Shown piece by piece: positions 39,414 through 53,296 of a DNA stretch of 64,000 bases. Source of the DNA: Adineta vaga (Eukaryota > Animalia > Rotifera); assembly GCA_021613535.1 (NCBI GenBank), contig CP075494.1:2046001-2110000 (forward strand), in the 5' to 3' direction. Position numbers and translations under genes: made by a program. The notes below the pieces were generated by a model that saw only the letters and a program-made list of their open reading frames with translations, ran no database searches and had not been told where the DNA came from. The stretch's first letter is position 1, and every line of letters starts with the position of its first letter.

Positions 39414-40111
39414 CTAGCGGAGATACCCGCTGCAAAAACGACACAATTTACGTTTTTCATCTACAGCAGTGCTTTTCTTATCACCCACAGGACCTCTCCG
39501 TTCGTATTTATCCGTCGTGTATCAAAAAATCCTCACACCCTCCTTTTCCGCCCTGACTTAGTTAGTGTAATCTTTCAGATCGTCACTCAGCGTACGTTAC
39601 CTGTCTTCCACACGTCTTTCTCCTCCGTACTGAGATTCTTCCTATATCCCTTTTTGCGTCATGTACCAGGTCTTTTTTTCAGAACTTCGCATCTCTTCAT
39701 TAGTTCTTTCCTACTGATTTTGTCTCGCTATGCATAAGATATACAACTCTGTTCCTTTTAAATCCACACCCACTGTCCCGCTGCAACTCATTCTCTACTT
39801 TATAAACTTCACTTCTACTCTACACAGGTAGAGTAGTCATTTCACTCCAGATTCAGTTTTTTTGAGAACCCAACCCACGCTTTGTAGTTGTCTATCCTGG
39901 ATGCAGACACCCACACCCACCCTCATTCCTTTATGCCATCTTGAGAGCGAAATTTTACACGCGCCGCCACTGCCATCCCTTGACCGCCATTCTAACCCCA
40001 TGTCGACCTTACTCTGGATCGAGGAAAGCATTGTGGAAAGTTTGGTGACGTTAGCTGTTACAGGAAACGTATGCATAACGAACAAACTTTCTTCTTTATA
40101 TATATAGAAGA
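39414..40111 (-). mobile_element. Non-autonomous Helitron with both ends
   Basis: Minus strand A|TCTTCTATATATATAAAGAAGAAAG ... GCGG-GTATCT-CCGCTAG|T: 5' TC, 3' hairpin + CTAG, AT target, no TSD. Confidence 0.85.
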
Positions 40112-40199
40112 TTATATAGATAGATAGATATAGATTAAAGAACCTTTAACTGTCACATTTATTGCAAGAAATAAATAGTATCAAATAAAAAAACCTCAA

Positions 40200-40726
40200 A
40201 ACTGGAGCACATTCTGTAAGTTTCTACCAAAATAACGACAATTGAAATTCAATACGACTTGGGTGAAATTTCACCCAGACATCGATTCCCACCCTCAAAT
40301 CAATATATTTTGATACGGAACGTGTAAATTACCGTAGATGTGCGCTCAAACGGCCTTCGGCCGCCTTCGCTATCAATTATTTAAAGTTTTTGAAATGCTG
40401 CAATCCTATTGGTCAGTTTCATAGATTGCCCGTAGGAAGCGTAGAATTCATTTTTTTCGGAACAAAGTAAATGTCGACCTTCCCGTGGGCCTAGAGAAGC
40501 ATTGTGGAAAGTTTGGGAATGTTAGCTATCATTGAACTGCCTGGGTGAAATTTCACCCACGCTCCCCACCCTCACCCCCTGATGACCATTCTAACCCCAT
40601 GTAGACCTTTCCTAGGACCTAAGGAAGCATCGTAGAAAGTTTGGTGATCGTGGCTATTACAGCGACTGAATGCATAGCGAACAGACAGGCAGGCAGACAA
40701 ACTTTCTTCCTTATATATATAGAAGA
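40200..40726 (-). mobile_element. Second Helitron of the same family, 3' end degenerate
   Basis: 5' A|TCTTCTATATATATAAGGAAGAAAGTTTGTCTGCCTGCC. Tandem subrepeats GAAGCATTGTGGAAAGTTTGG, hairpin CGGCCTTCGGCCG at 40351-40363, two 18-bp palindromes. Confidence 0.75.
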
Positions 40727-40747
40727 TTAAATTAGTCAAAAAAGAAC

Positions 40748-43700
40748 TCAAACATTTTGTTTATTATTTGATTCATTTTGCATATCAAGACGAGTCTCTG
40801 ATACGACTGGTGTTTTCGGTTTACTGGGTGATTGATTATCTTCTGTATTATTTGTTGGTTGTTGTTCTTCTTGATTCGTTACAAATGTTTCTATAACTAT
40901 ATTAATTATAAATAATTTCTTCTTTTACTGGAAAAAATATTACCTGATTTCTTTTGTTTACTATATGGAGGATCTTCTCTGGACATTTTAACACGTGCCA
41001 TTGCAGTCATAATCCAATCCATTGAATCAATCAACTAAATATACAAATATAATTCTTCATATTAAAATATATTTATCAATACTTTATCAAGACGAGCATC
41101 TATATTATCAACTCGATCAGATATATTCGAATGCATAGATAATAATTTCTCATTAGTTTCCATATGTATACGTGTAAGAGCGACATTCAATTGATTTGTA
41201 TCAAACTTTTGTTGATTTGATTCATTAGTATTCTTCGACATAGCTTCGAATCTGTAAATATGAATAAATCAAAACATATTTTGATCTTTAATTGCAATAC
41301 TTACGAAACATCTGTTGTTATTATATTCGAAGCCGCAGCTATTTGTGCATCGAATAAATGTCGAACATAATCATTTGTTGAATATCGTTCAAATTCTGAC
41401 CAAGCTTTGTCAACACTATCATTAGCTGGAATCATTTCTAAACGAATATAGTTAAGATTAAACATCATATATGCAAAGAATTCATATTCTACTTACTAAA
41501 ATATCGTTTTTCTTTATTTATTATAGAACATTTACTTAAACACCATTTACCAAAATCAACTAACGAAATAAGAAATGTCAATGGAGGAAATAATGCTGGT
41601 CGACCGTAATAATCACGAACTAAACCACAACGATCATAAGCCCAAATATATCGTGCTTGTTCTTGAATATTGGTTATTGTAAAACTAAAATATTCCGTAT
41701 TTTCTTTGTCATCATATTATTATTCAATTTGCTAATTTACTTAAATAAAGCAATAAGTAAATTGACCAAGAGAATATTAACAAATAACATATGAAAAGCA
41801 AATAGAACTTGTGTAGCTATAGTTGTACTAGCATTTGGTGTTTCTAGAAAAAAGAAATTTAATTGAAATAAAGATTAATTGTTCGATTCATTTTACCGTT
41901 TAGAGTGGAAAGTTCATCACCAATATTACCAAGAATAAAATAATAAACTGGATAAACAATTTTTGCAAAGAATTCTCGACCATCAAAAGGAAAAGTATTG
42001 TACGCTATCATTGCTCTTGATCTTATTCCATAACCAAGAATAAAAACCACAATAATAAAGGAAAAAAATAACATATCATTTGCCTATATTAATAATTCTA
42101 ATTATATACACTAACATTAAATTTCTAAAGACATACCATTTTTCGTATCATAACCAATTTTGGACCTAGAAGACGAAAAATACCAATAAATAGAATCGAA
42201 CGAATAAACCATAATTCTAGATCGTATGCCAATACAATTCTATGAAAAATAATTCATTTTAGTATAATTCTAATGTAATGATAATACTTATACCTTGCAG
42301 CTCCGAATGTTTCTGTATCTTTAAGAATAAAACGTAATATAAGTCCAACATAGAAGAGTAAATATGCTGGAATAACAAGAAAAAGATTTGATGATCGATT
42401 CATCACATCAAAATGGCTCAAAAATTTCCTTTTCCATGATAAACCATCTTGGAAATAGAACTATAATTTATAAATAATAAAACGAAAAAGATTAGATGAA
42501 TTAGAATTTATAAACCTGTCGAATATCTTCTATGAGCATTGTAGATACGAATATGATAGTTAAAATTTCAGTCCAATGAATATCGGGAGTACTGTCTGAA
42601 GATGGATTAAATGCATAGAGCATATAATAACTGAAGAACATCAGGAAAAGAATATAACCAAACTAAATAAAAAAACTCAACTAGAAAGACTTTTCTATGA
42701 ATGAAAATATAAAAATCTTACACAAGTATAACAATATTTAACAAATGGACGGTTATGAAAATGTTTAAAATTTTTAAATGTTGATTCATCTATGTGATAA
42801 TCATCTCCATAATTAATACCATTTTTAGCCAATGGTCGTTCATTTATTGATTGTTTAGTGGTCTGTAAAGCTATGAATAATCATATATCATCATGAATAT
42901 ATCAACTTACATTCGTTTGCACAGTTTTTTTCCGAGAATATATTATTTTGTCATAAAATGAAAACAAAGATTGTGCAACACCTAATGTTAACAAACCCAT
43001 GATAAGGCTAGTACGTTCTCGTGTAGAATCAATTTTATCAAACCATATCTTCGTTAATAAAGCATCACATGCATCTTCATTTAAAAATTTCTTATTTTCA
43101 GCAGCAATAGCCACTTGTAAACAAGTTACTTTTCCGTAGAGATCTACTTGTCGTATAATCAATTCACATACTTGTTCACGATCATAAAGATACGAACAAC
43201 GAATACATTCAATTGCATACATTTCAAAATCATCTGCTTCATCATTTAATTTATCTTTTGAATGTTGATCAGGTGCATAGCTTATTAATGATTTAAGAAT
43301 TTTTGAAGCAATCAATGCTGAACAAATACGAATTTTTAATTGACTAAGAAAAAATTTTGCCATATCAAGTCGATGAGTAAGTATACACCATAGAAAAAGA
43401 TCACGATAAATATATTCACTATCAGTTTGACTATTTGAGATTTCTGGTATTACTTTCTGTTGATTTGATGATATTTTATGATGATATAATGGTTCCATAA
43501 AATCTCCAACTAAAATTTTAAGTATTTGACCTAAATATATTCCTTTTTCAGAAATAAGCTTTTCATCGATTCTTTCGAGTAGATACAATGAATCAGTCTA
43601 AAGAAGAGAGGAGAGAGAAAAAAACAAAGCACTTATTGTTCTAAAAATTTTCTAAATCATTCATCAATACATTTTTGCGCATTGTACTTGTATATAATTC

Positions 43701-45875
43701 TTTCAGATAAGTATTCCATGATGTATCTGTATTATTTTGTTTTGAATCAGCAGTAGAAACAAATAAACTAGCTAAATCAATACCAAGTTTAGAGAAATTA
43801 CTGACAAATACTACTAGATTTTTGCTAAGAGCATCAAGAATTAATCTCCGATTATCTTTCATCTATACAATAAACAACATTATAAAAATATCAAATAAAG
43901 ATCATAGCATACTTTTTTTGGATCTTTCCAATTAATTGTATTGATTAATAAATGATTTTCAGTAACATTAGCAACATTCCAACGAAGTGCAAGACGTATT
44001 TGTTCATCAACTGCATTAGCATGGTTTGTAGTATTTTGTGAATGAGATTCTCGTGCTAAGAAAAATAGAAAATTTGATATTGATTAAGAAAAGAATTCAT
44101 CTAACCTTGAACCATTGCATCGTAAATCTTATTTTCTAAACGATCTGATAAATTCATATCAAAAACATGCATTCGATTACGAAAAGGTAATTTTAAACAA
44201 ATTGCAAACCAATATAAATATTGTGCAAATTTATCTTCTTCATGCAAATCTAGTAATTCACTTGTAGATATTTTTGTGCCAATAAGTAAATATTCTTTCT
44301 GTCTGATACTTTCATAGAGTTTCCTTACATCTTTTAAAATATCTGAACGTATTTCGCCGAATACGTTCAAAATTTCTTCTAAACTGAAAATTAAATTATT
44401 TTACATTATTCAAAACTATTATTATAGTTATACATACATCTTTCCTCTAGGCATTTGTTTAAATGAATATTTATCCATTTTATCATGTTCAATGGATTCA
44501 GCAAGATCTAAAATAAAGTTATTATTCATTGAATATTGAAAAAAATGTTGATAATACTTTTAGTTAACTTCAAATATTTACACAATAATGTAGCTAATGG
44601 ACCACTTTGCTGTATGAGATAAAATCAATTATGATAAAAGCAAAATAAGAATAACTTACATCAATAATAACAACTGGAATGTTGTTATACACATAATTGA
44701 ATATGGATTTGAGAGCATGAAGATCAGCTCCTGCAAGAATTGCCAATAATGGTACTAGAATAAGATGAAAAAAATAGATTTTTTAAATAGAATTTCAAAA
44801 AGAATAACTAACTTTTTCGTCGTGTTCCATTTGATATATGTATCGCAAGTTTTGAAGCAAAATCACCAGTATCCATCGAACCATGTGTACCATCATCGAA
44901 AAAAATATATTGTGTAAGATTAGGTTCTAACGTATATCGAGCAAGTGTTGTATGGTATTTTGTATTTTCATCAATATTCTCGATGTTGTGCATAGGCGAA
45001 AATTTAAGCAAATGATCAGTTATATTATACTTGGATTCTATTATTGATGGATCAGGTATATTACCCCATTTACCAATCCCGACTGCTCGAAAATTAATCT
45101 GAGGATTTTTCACACGACTTTTATAAACAACTTCACCGATAAGTTGTGAAATGGTATCTTCTTTGTAAGTATTTGTGATAATACATGCATCTAAAATTGA
45201 ATAGAATATTTTATTGATATATATGCGAATAATTGTAGAAGTCCTACTAGATGCTGTAGCTGCATCAGCAATGCCTTTCAAAACTGCTTTCTCTAATTTC
45301 ACATTCAGTAGAGAACTTGTATCACTTATTATACGTATAATCAAACCAGGTAAATGCATATCCCATATACTCAATAAAACTAAACAGAGCTGATCAAGAT
45401 CTGTCTTAATACTACAACGTAAATACTATAGAATAAATAAGAATAATCAATATTATTTTGCTGTTAAAAGATATTAATACATACAGGACTCTTCGATTGA
45501 GGTAAACAACCATAGACAATCGTCGGTTCTTCCTTGGTATGCCTTTTCCAAGACCATACTTCATTACGATGATCACTTTTGATAGTACTATCCTCATGAA
45601 CTGATTTATGTTGATTACAAACACAAAAATCATTATCAACTCTAATAGATACAACGATTAAATGAGTTTATATTTCAGATGAACTGTGAATGCATACTCT
45701 CGTGGAATGAAGGTAACACATGTTCGTTGTTGAAACTGTAATCGATTTATAGCAGCCTTCCAAGCTGGTAGTTTATCCTATAGTTCAATTTGAAATAAGA
45801 ATCAAACAAAAGAAACAGAACTTGTTTTATACATACATCTATAACTGTTGAGCTTTTTGGAAGCGATGAAAGCAT
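40748..45875 (-). CDS. TRPM-family cation channel (N-terminal SLOG/MHR, 6TM, TRP box), without C-terminal NUDT9-H or kinase
   Basis: More than 20 exons. LEPNLTQYIFFDDG, YRDLFLWCIL, ALIASKIL, TCLQVA, GPKLVMIRKM, NILLVNLLIALF, WAYDR.GLVRDYYGRPALFPP. Stop TGA at 40748-40750. Confidence 0.9.
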
Positions 45876-46154
45876 CTTTTCGAACTGAGTAGTAATTTAT
45901 TTTGTTAACAATAGAAGATTATATAGCTCTTTTTATTTCTGTTTACTATTGATGGAAAAAACCCCTGTAAAGTTTATTTTAAAAGAATTGAGGAATGAAG
46001 TGTAGACTCTTGTACATAATAAAATAATGAGAAAAAACCCTGATTTTTAATTCTTTTCCTTTCCCTAAGAGGAGAAAAAAAATGATTTTCACCCCAATTG
46101 TGAATTGGTTTCGTATAAATATATTCTTTTTTTTTAATTCAGTAAGCAAAAGAG

Positions 46155-47819
46155 ATGAGTGACGATACTGAACAGAAATATCAACAAATGGTTAAAGAAA
46201 TTGGAGAAATTTGTTCACTTTTATTTCAAAATTTTGACAACAGAAACACGTGCAACATGCATAACTATAAAATTAAACACATTAGTTCGTATTTATTATG
46301 TTGATCAATTTAAATCTATTACGTCAAAACCAAAATTTTTAACTTTGACCCATGCGTTTATAACGGAAACTTACATGATACCTACTTCAGACAAATACAT
46401 AAAGTATCATCCTCGAATTTTTAACTTATTACTTATGAATTATGCTAAAGATGATTTTCTCGTCAAATTTCTGAAGAAGTTTTCTCTAAATGAATCAATA
46501 CCAATGACAAGTAAGATTATATAGTATTCTTCTATTAGTGTTCGCAAAAATATAGAGTATGATCGTTGAGAAGCATTACTTACTGTGAAATCCTACATTG
46601 ATAACCTCTTTCTTGACTGAAATCTATATTTAGATCCGGATGTGAATGATAACCAATGCTCACAAACTATTGATAATAATGCCAAAGGTTTACTACTTAG
46701 AGTCATATCATTTGCTCGTGATCTCAGTACTAGCATTGTCATACAATCCATCGAAGATTTCAATAATAATTATCAACTCTTAATGAAATCACTTCTGACA
46801 TATATCGATCATTTTTTGAATATTTATGATGGGAATACAACAAACAGCTTTCTTACGGACATCATAGACTATATATATTGTGGATAAGAGCTAATTTAAC
46901 TGGTAAAGCAATACTAGTGCCAGTTTTTATCGATGCACAATATGCTGATACTACCATCAAATGGGCCAAAACAACCATCCTTTCCTAATATTATTAAACG
47001 ATTCGGAGAACAAATTGTGCTAATCATTTACAATTTATCAAGACATATGAAAGGCTTGAAAATGTTGCGAAAAGGTAAAGTACTCAATACTTTGAAAAAT
47101 CTCAAATTGTTTATAGAAAAATCAGACCAACAGCAATTAAAAATATCATTTGGTATATTTCGGATTACAAACACTATTGTGATGAACTAAGAAATGATGA
47201 TCTTTTATACACTCTAATACGATGTCTTGCTAAACATCCTAAACAAGATGTTGCGAAACGAACTTGATGGAATCTACAACGGCTTGATTATTCGGAATTA
47301 TCAGAAAATATATTAAAAATTGTTAAAACACCACAAATATATGTTAGTTAGAATTTGGACGATGTAGAATTTTGTCGTTTATTCGTTGACATTTTACGTC
47401 AGACTATTAGTTTACCAATCTGAGTCGACTTTAATGAACTAGAGGAATTGGAAGATCCATGGGAATACATTGCTCCAGCAATTAAATCAGCAACAATAAT
47501 TATTATCTTAGCATCGAGTTTCTACGCTAATAGTAATTATAATCGACAAGAATTGACTTATACATTGTAAAAAATCAAATCATCTACTAAAAAAAACGTT
47601 TTGTTGTCGTCGGAATCGAGTATGGCTTACATTTTAATCCATTGCCAATTGATAATCTTTTTAAAATAGACGAAACTATCTCATATGACGAAAAAACTCT
47701 TCAAAATTTGGCACGTAAAGTAACTGATCTAGGGGTACTATCAAAAGACAACAAACAAACGTTTGTTTTCTTGTTCACCTCATATTGTCACTCAATCAAG
47801 TATTTATACTCTCATGTAA
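46155..47819 (+). pseudogene. Decayed tandem paralog of the helical-repeat TIR gene
   Basis: Colinear similarity to 48139-50304 including the intron. Frameshifts, an internal deletion near 47160 and several stops in the TIR region. Ends SSIYTLM (CaaX Cys lost). Confidence 0.88.
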
Positions 47820-48138
47820 ATCAATAGAACACTTAGCATCATATATTACATAGAATTTTTCACTTGTGAATTCATATAATATGTTAAAGAATAACTATAC
47901 TACTATATCTGGATGATATGTAAGTGCTTGTCCTTGATATCTTCGTTATCCCCTTTCAATCTCATTCTAAGTCAAGCTAGAAAGAGAGAGTTTCAAATCC
48001 TGCATTTTTTTGGCACCTGCTATAGTTGATTATTGTAATGACTGACTATGTCTTTATTTTCCTTTGTAGATATAAATCTTCTTTGAACGTATTTATAATT
48101 CATATAAATATATTTTTTATTTAATATAATAACAATAG

Positions 48139-50304
48139 ATGAGTAGCGGTATGGAAGAGAAATATCAACACATCAATTACTTTCGTAATATTAACAATTG
48201 GTTAGAAATATTGAGTCTTCCGAACAATGCCAATGATCCAACGAAGTTATTTGAAGTTAAAGATATTGAAGAAATTTGTTCTCCGTTATCTGAAAATTTT
48301 GACGATATAGTTGCTGATTTGCCATCAAGAACACGTGTAGCACTCGTAACTACAACGTTAAACACATTAATTCGTATTTGTAATGCTGATCAGTCTAATT
48401 CTATCACATCAATCCCAGCATTTTCACATATGTCCACAGTTTTGTTGGAAGAGGCCTTCCAAATAATTAAGTTAGACCAATACATCGAATTTCTTACAGA
48501 AATGTTCAACTTACTTTTTATGAACTTTGCCAAAGATAATTTTCTCGTCAAAATTCTGAAGAGATGTTTTCCAAATAAATCAATACCAAAAACAAGTAAG
48601 ATTATATTTAACTATTACCAACATACTTCATTTGTTTTTCTATTCGTATATTAGAAAAAGTAGGATTTAGTCTGAAAGAATAGTTACTTACTGTAGAATC
48701 CTCTGTTGTTAACTTCTTTGTACATTGAAATCGAAGAAAAGAAATAAAATTTAGAATACTGACTATGTTGAAAATATTTAGATCCAATTATGGACAATCA
48801 ACAATGCTCAGAAACTATTACTGCTGGTACCAAATATTTCTTAGACAATTTGATTGTACTCGTTGCTTTTCTGATTACGAAAATTAGTGTTCATTTCACC
48901 GAAGATTTTGATAATAATTATCAATCGTTCATAGGATCTCTGATTGAATACGTCGATGAATTTTTTGATTCTTATAAAGAATATACAGCGTGCAAAGTTC
49001 AAAAGCTAATCATAGAACATATTTTAAGTATAGCAACTAATTTAACTGATAAAACGTCATTGATACCAATATTTATTAAAGCCAAATATGCTGATAAAAC
49101 TGTTAAATGGGTAGAACAATCATCATTCTCTAATTATATTGATGGATTTGGGGAAAATATTGTTGGAATCGTCTACAATTTATCACGACATAGAAAAGGT
49201 CTGAAAGCATTGCGAGAATGTAAAACACTCGATGTTTTGAAGAATCAAAAATCATTTATAATGAAAACAAAGAATGAAACTTTGATAGGTTTATTTGGTA
49301 TGTTATTAATTGCATTGCCCAGAAATGATGATGAAGAAAAAGATAATGAAAAGATTATTCTCAAGGTTAGTAATTCTCTGTACTCTAAAAGTGTGCTAGC
49401 AGCCAAAGAAGACAACTGGCGATTTGATGGATGTCATTTGTCAGAATATCTTTATTCGCTTCAGAATGCATTCTCAAATATAACGATTATACAAAACATA
49501 TTGGGTGATTCAGAACATGTGAAAAAAGATCGAATTCAATTCTTCAGAGAACGTTTCTGTTCTATCTATGGTATCTTATTCAATGAAGATGAAAGCGATC
49601 TCGACAAGCTTGTTGTCAAGTCTTTATTAAATATTTTTCTATGTATTTCAAATTATGAACAATATCGTAGCGAATTAAGAGACGATCTTTTTCTATACAC
49701 TCTGATTGAAATTCTTGCTAAACAACACAAACAAGGTGTTGCTAAACGGATTTGGAGCAATCTTAACATTGTCAAACCTACGAAAGTATTATTGGATAAA
49801 ATCAAACAAGAAAAAACACCAAAAATATATATTAGTTACAATTGGGCTGATGAAAAATTTTGTCGTTCATTCGTTGACTTTTTACATCAAAATATAAGTA
49901 TTCCAATTTGGGTCGACTATGAGGAAACAGACGAAAATGAAGATCCATGGGATTATGTAGCTCTAGCCATTGAATCTGCCACGATAGTTATTATGTTAGC
50001 ATCGAGTTTCTACGCTAATAGTAAACATAATCATCAAGAATTAACTTATACATTGGAAAAAATCAAATCATCTACTGAAAAGAAACATTTTATTGTCGTC
50101 GTGATTGAAGATAAATTTCGTTTTACTCCATTGCGAATGAACAATCTTTTAGAAATAGACGAAACCATATCATATGACGAAAATCCTGAAAATTTAGCAC
50201 GTAAAGTAGCTGATCTAGAGGTACTATCAAAAGACAACAAACAAACGTTTGTTTCTTGTTCACCTCATATTGTCACTCAATCAAGTATTTGTATTCTCAT
50301 GTAA
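48139..50304 (+). CDS. Helical (ARM-like) repeat + TIR domain protein with C-terminal CaaX
   Basis: Exons 48139-48595 and 48782-50304. TIR motifs IYISYNWAD, IWVD, AIESATIVIMLASSFYANS...QEL. Ends CILM*. Confidence 0.88.
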
Positions 50305-50639
50305 ATCCATGGAACATTTATCATCATACACTATATACAGTTTTGCATTGGTGTGGATTAACAATATGTCAAAGAATAATTATATTCGCTTGTTCAAAAA
50401 AAAACTGTTTTTAATTTCAAAATAATTCATATGACTATAAGTATAATCTTATTCCAAATAAATTGACAGATAATAAATACAAGTTATGATATTGATAGTG
50501 TGGGTGTGGATGTGGTGCAAGAAATAATATCTACATCCTCATGATGTATAGTCAGTAATTTCGAACAGACGAACGAAGAAAGAATATAACGATCGATTTC
50601 GATATTCATAGTCAGTCTTAAAAACAAAATTCCGTTGGT

Positions 50640-51817
50640 ATGTCGATCACAACAATCAAACATTTATCAAATGAAATCTTCTATGAAATTTTCGAATATA
50701 TTGATGCATATGTAATTTTTCATGCATTTTCAAAACTTAATAATCGTTTTCAATTACTTCTCAATTCTTCATTAACACGATTAAAATTAGTTGATGATCC
50801 TCATCCATAAAAAAAAAAGTCTTTCTTAACAATTATAAAGAAATTTTTATTTGCTATCATGATCAAATAATATCAATTTATTCCTATACTAAAAATACAA
50901 ATAAAATCATTTCAACAATCAAATCTGATCTATTATTATTTCAATCTCTTCAATCACTTATTCTTTATTCAAGTCGATCAAATAATATATCATCACTTAT
51001 TTCTCAATTATAGTTTCTTTACCAAATTTCTTTTTATTAACAATTGATCTATGGATTGAAGATCAAAATCATGTTTTTATTTAAAATTTTTGTAAATCCT
51101 ATCGATGCAAATAATCTAAATTCTGTTGAACAATCAATAAATTTAACGAATATTTAAAGTTGAAAATGATTTCGAGAATTTAATTTATTCAATTCAACCA
51201 TACAAGTAAATTATAATTGAACAAAAGTCTTCTTTATTTAATATATATATATATATATATATTTGTTTTAGAAAACAATGGTATCAATATCATTCTAAAT
51301 CAAATCAATTATCGAAATCTGTCGAATTCGAATTAGAGGAGGTTTCACCTGAAGATTGGGTAAAATCAATCAAAATTGATGATCATATTTCTCATGTATT
51401 AACTATTACACAAATTTATCATTTACACATTTCAATGGAAATTTCTCTCGAAAATATATATTTGAAAAAGAAATTCAATGGTTATATTTATTACTTAATG
51501 GAAATCATTTTCAAAACATTTCTTTTAGTGATATTTATCAAATGGCAGATATTCATTTCTTAATGTTTATTCGTTCTCATGTTAAACATATTCATCTTCA
51601 TTGTAAAGATTATGATCACGCTCAATCATTGATAGGACTTATTTTATCTCATATTCGATCAAAAACAGATAGTAAACTTCGATTATTATCATTTACAATG
51701 CGAAAGATTACCAATGATATCGTCGAATATTTAACAGAAATATTCAAACAAAATAAAGTACTTAATGATTTTGTTATTGAACAAGTTAATAAAGACGTTT
51801 ATATAAAATGGACATGA
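50640..51817 (+). pseudogene. F-box protein pseudogene
   Basis: MSITTIKHLSNEIFYEIFEYIDAYVIFHAFSKLNNRF F-box-like start, then stops and frameshifts. A C-terminal remnant survives as ORF 51542-51817. Confidence 0.7.
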
Positions 51818-51989
51818 TTTTATTGTTTCATTAGATTTGTTTTTCTTGTTGTTATAGAGTAGATACTATAGTTGAATAAACTGTTTATTAGAATAGGAAA
51901 AATATTTTGAATTCCATAATTTTAGAGTGGGTGAGGGTCGTGGCGTTGCTATTCAATACAGAACCCAGACCCTCAAGATTTAATTTGTC

Positions 51990-52275
51990 TCCTCTTCTAT
52001 TTCCTCCTGCTACAATCTTTCCATTTTTTCAATATCTTCATTTGGTGTTTTAAAAGTTATTTTGTAAATAAACCATTTATTTCTCCATTCATTCCATATG
52101 TTCCAGATGTACAAACAAATGCAATTAATAAATCAACTTTTGCTGGCATTGATTTCAATCCATGAGGATATTTAGATAAATAACCTCTTGTGAATTTTTA
52201 TTTCTTAAATCATAAGTTCGACAACAATCTAAGAAAAATATTGTAACAAATGGATTTCGATCATCAATAAATCTG
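51990..52275 (-). pseudogene. Caspase-like (C14, meta/paracaspase type) fragment
   Basis: NPFVTIFFLDCCRTY, GLKSMPAK..LLIAFVCTSGT...NGLFTK*LLK. Frameshifts, and the His-containing half is missing. Confidence 0.7.
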
Positions 52276-53296
52276 AACCATATAATTCAACACTATTTTC
52301 ATCCTAAATTGAAAATCATTTATCAGAGAAAAAAAAGAATTTCATCGATTAATAAAATAAAAGAAATACTTACGAAAACGATGTTTATCGACGAAGAAAT
52401 GAAATTGTTATAGTGTGATCGAAAGAGAGAGAAGGTAAGAGATAGGTTATCTTTTCTTTTCACAATAATAACGAGACTTGAAGAAAAGCCTGGTTATCGA
52501 ATAAATATTTTATTCTTGACTTCGATCGAGATCAGATATTCGAATTGTATTGTTGCTACAATTACATTCATGATCTGAGCTCGTAGCTGGGCGTAAAATC
52601 GCGATATTAGCTGCTAGTTCTTTTTTCACAAACTTTAATTTTACTTTTATTGTGCTTTCAATAAAAGATACCGATAACTGTAATGAGTATGAATATTATG
52701 CCAAGACACACATAACACAATGCCTAAAAGGTTCTTAAAAGATCTTCAGATATGCATGCAATCGGATAGCAAGATCTATGTCGAATATCATTAGTGAGTA
52801 TAAAAAATAAATAAGTGAAGAATGTTTTAATTTTATTCTCATCTATATTTTACTTTTATTGATATGTAAAACAGAAAATTTATTATTTATTGAATGTTCT
52901 AATCTCTCACAAAATTAGATGTATTCTGCTTTATTACGTATATCCTATATTGTTTTCTTTCATCTTGTATTTTCAGATCGAAAAGGGTTTTTCGTCAATC
53001 ATAAGTAGCTTGAAATTAGTTTCAAAAAACAACACACACATCCTCAAGAAATATTTAACAATAATATAATGTTTTAGATCATTTATCAACTGTTTTCTCA
53101 AATCATTTTATTTAGAAACTAATATATTACTCAATAATGCAACCGACAATTTTCTTTCCAGTTAATTCACTACTACAGAACCTTCAGATCGTACGAAATT
53201 CGATTAAACAGTTGTATGATTTTCATCCACACTCCCAAACATTTTTTATTGAAAATATACGAAAAAGAATCACACACATATTGACACTCCTTCTTT

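Noticed and set aside
39837-40107. Two overlapping ~80-aa ORFs
   Set aside because: Lie within non-autonomous Helitron DNA with no Rep or helicase motifs.
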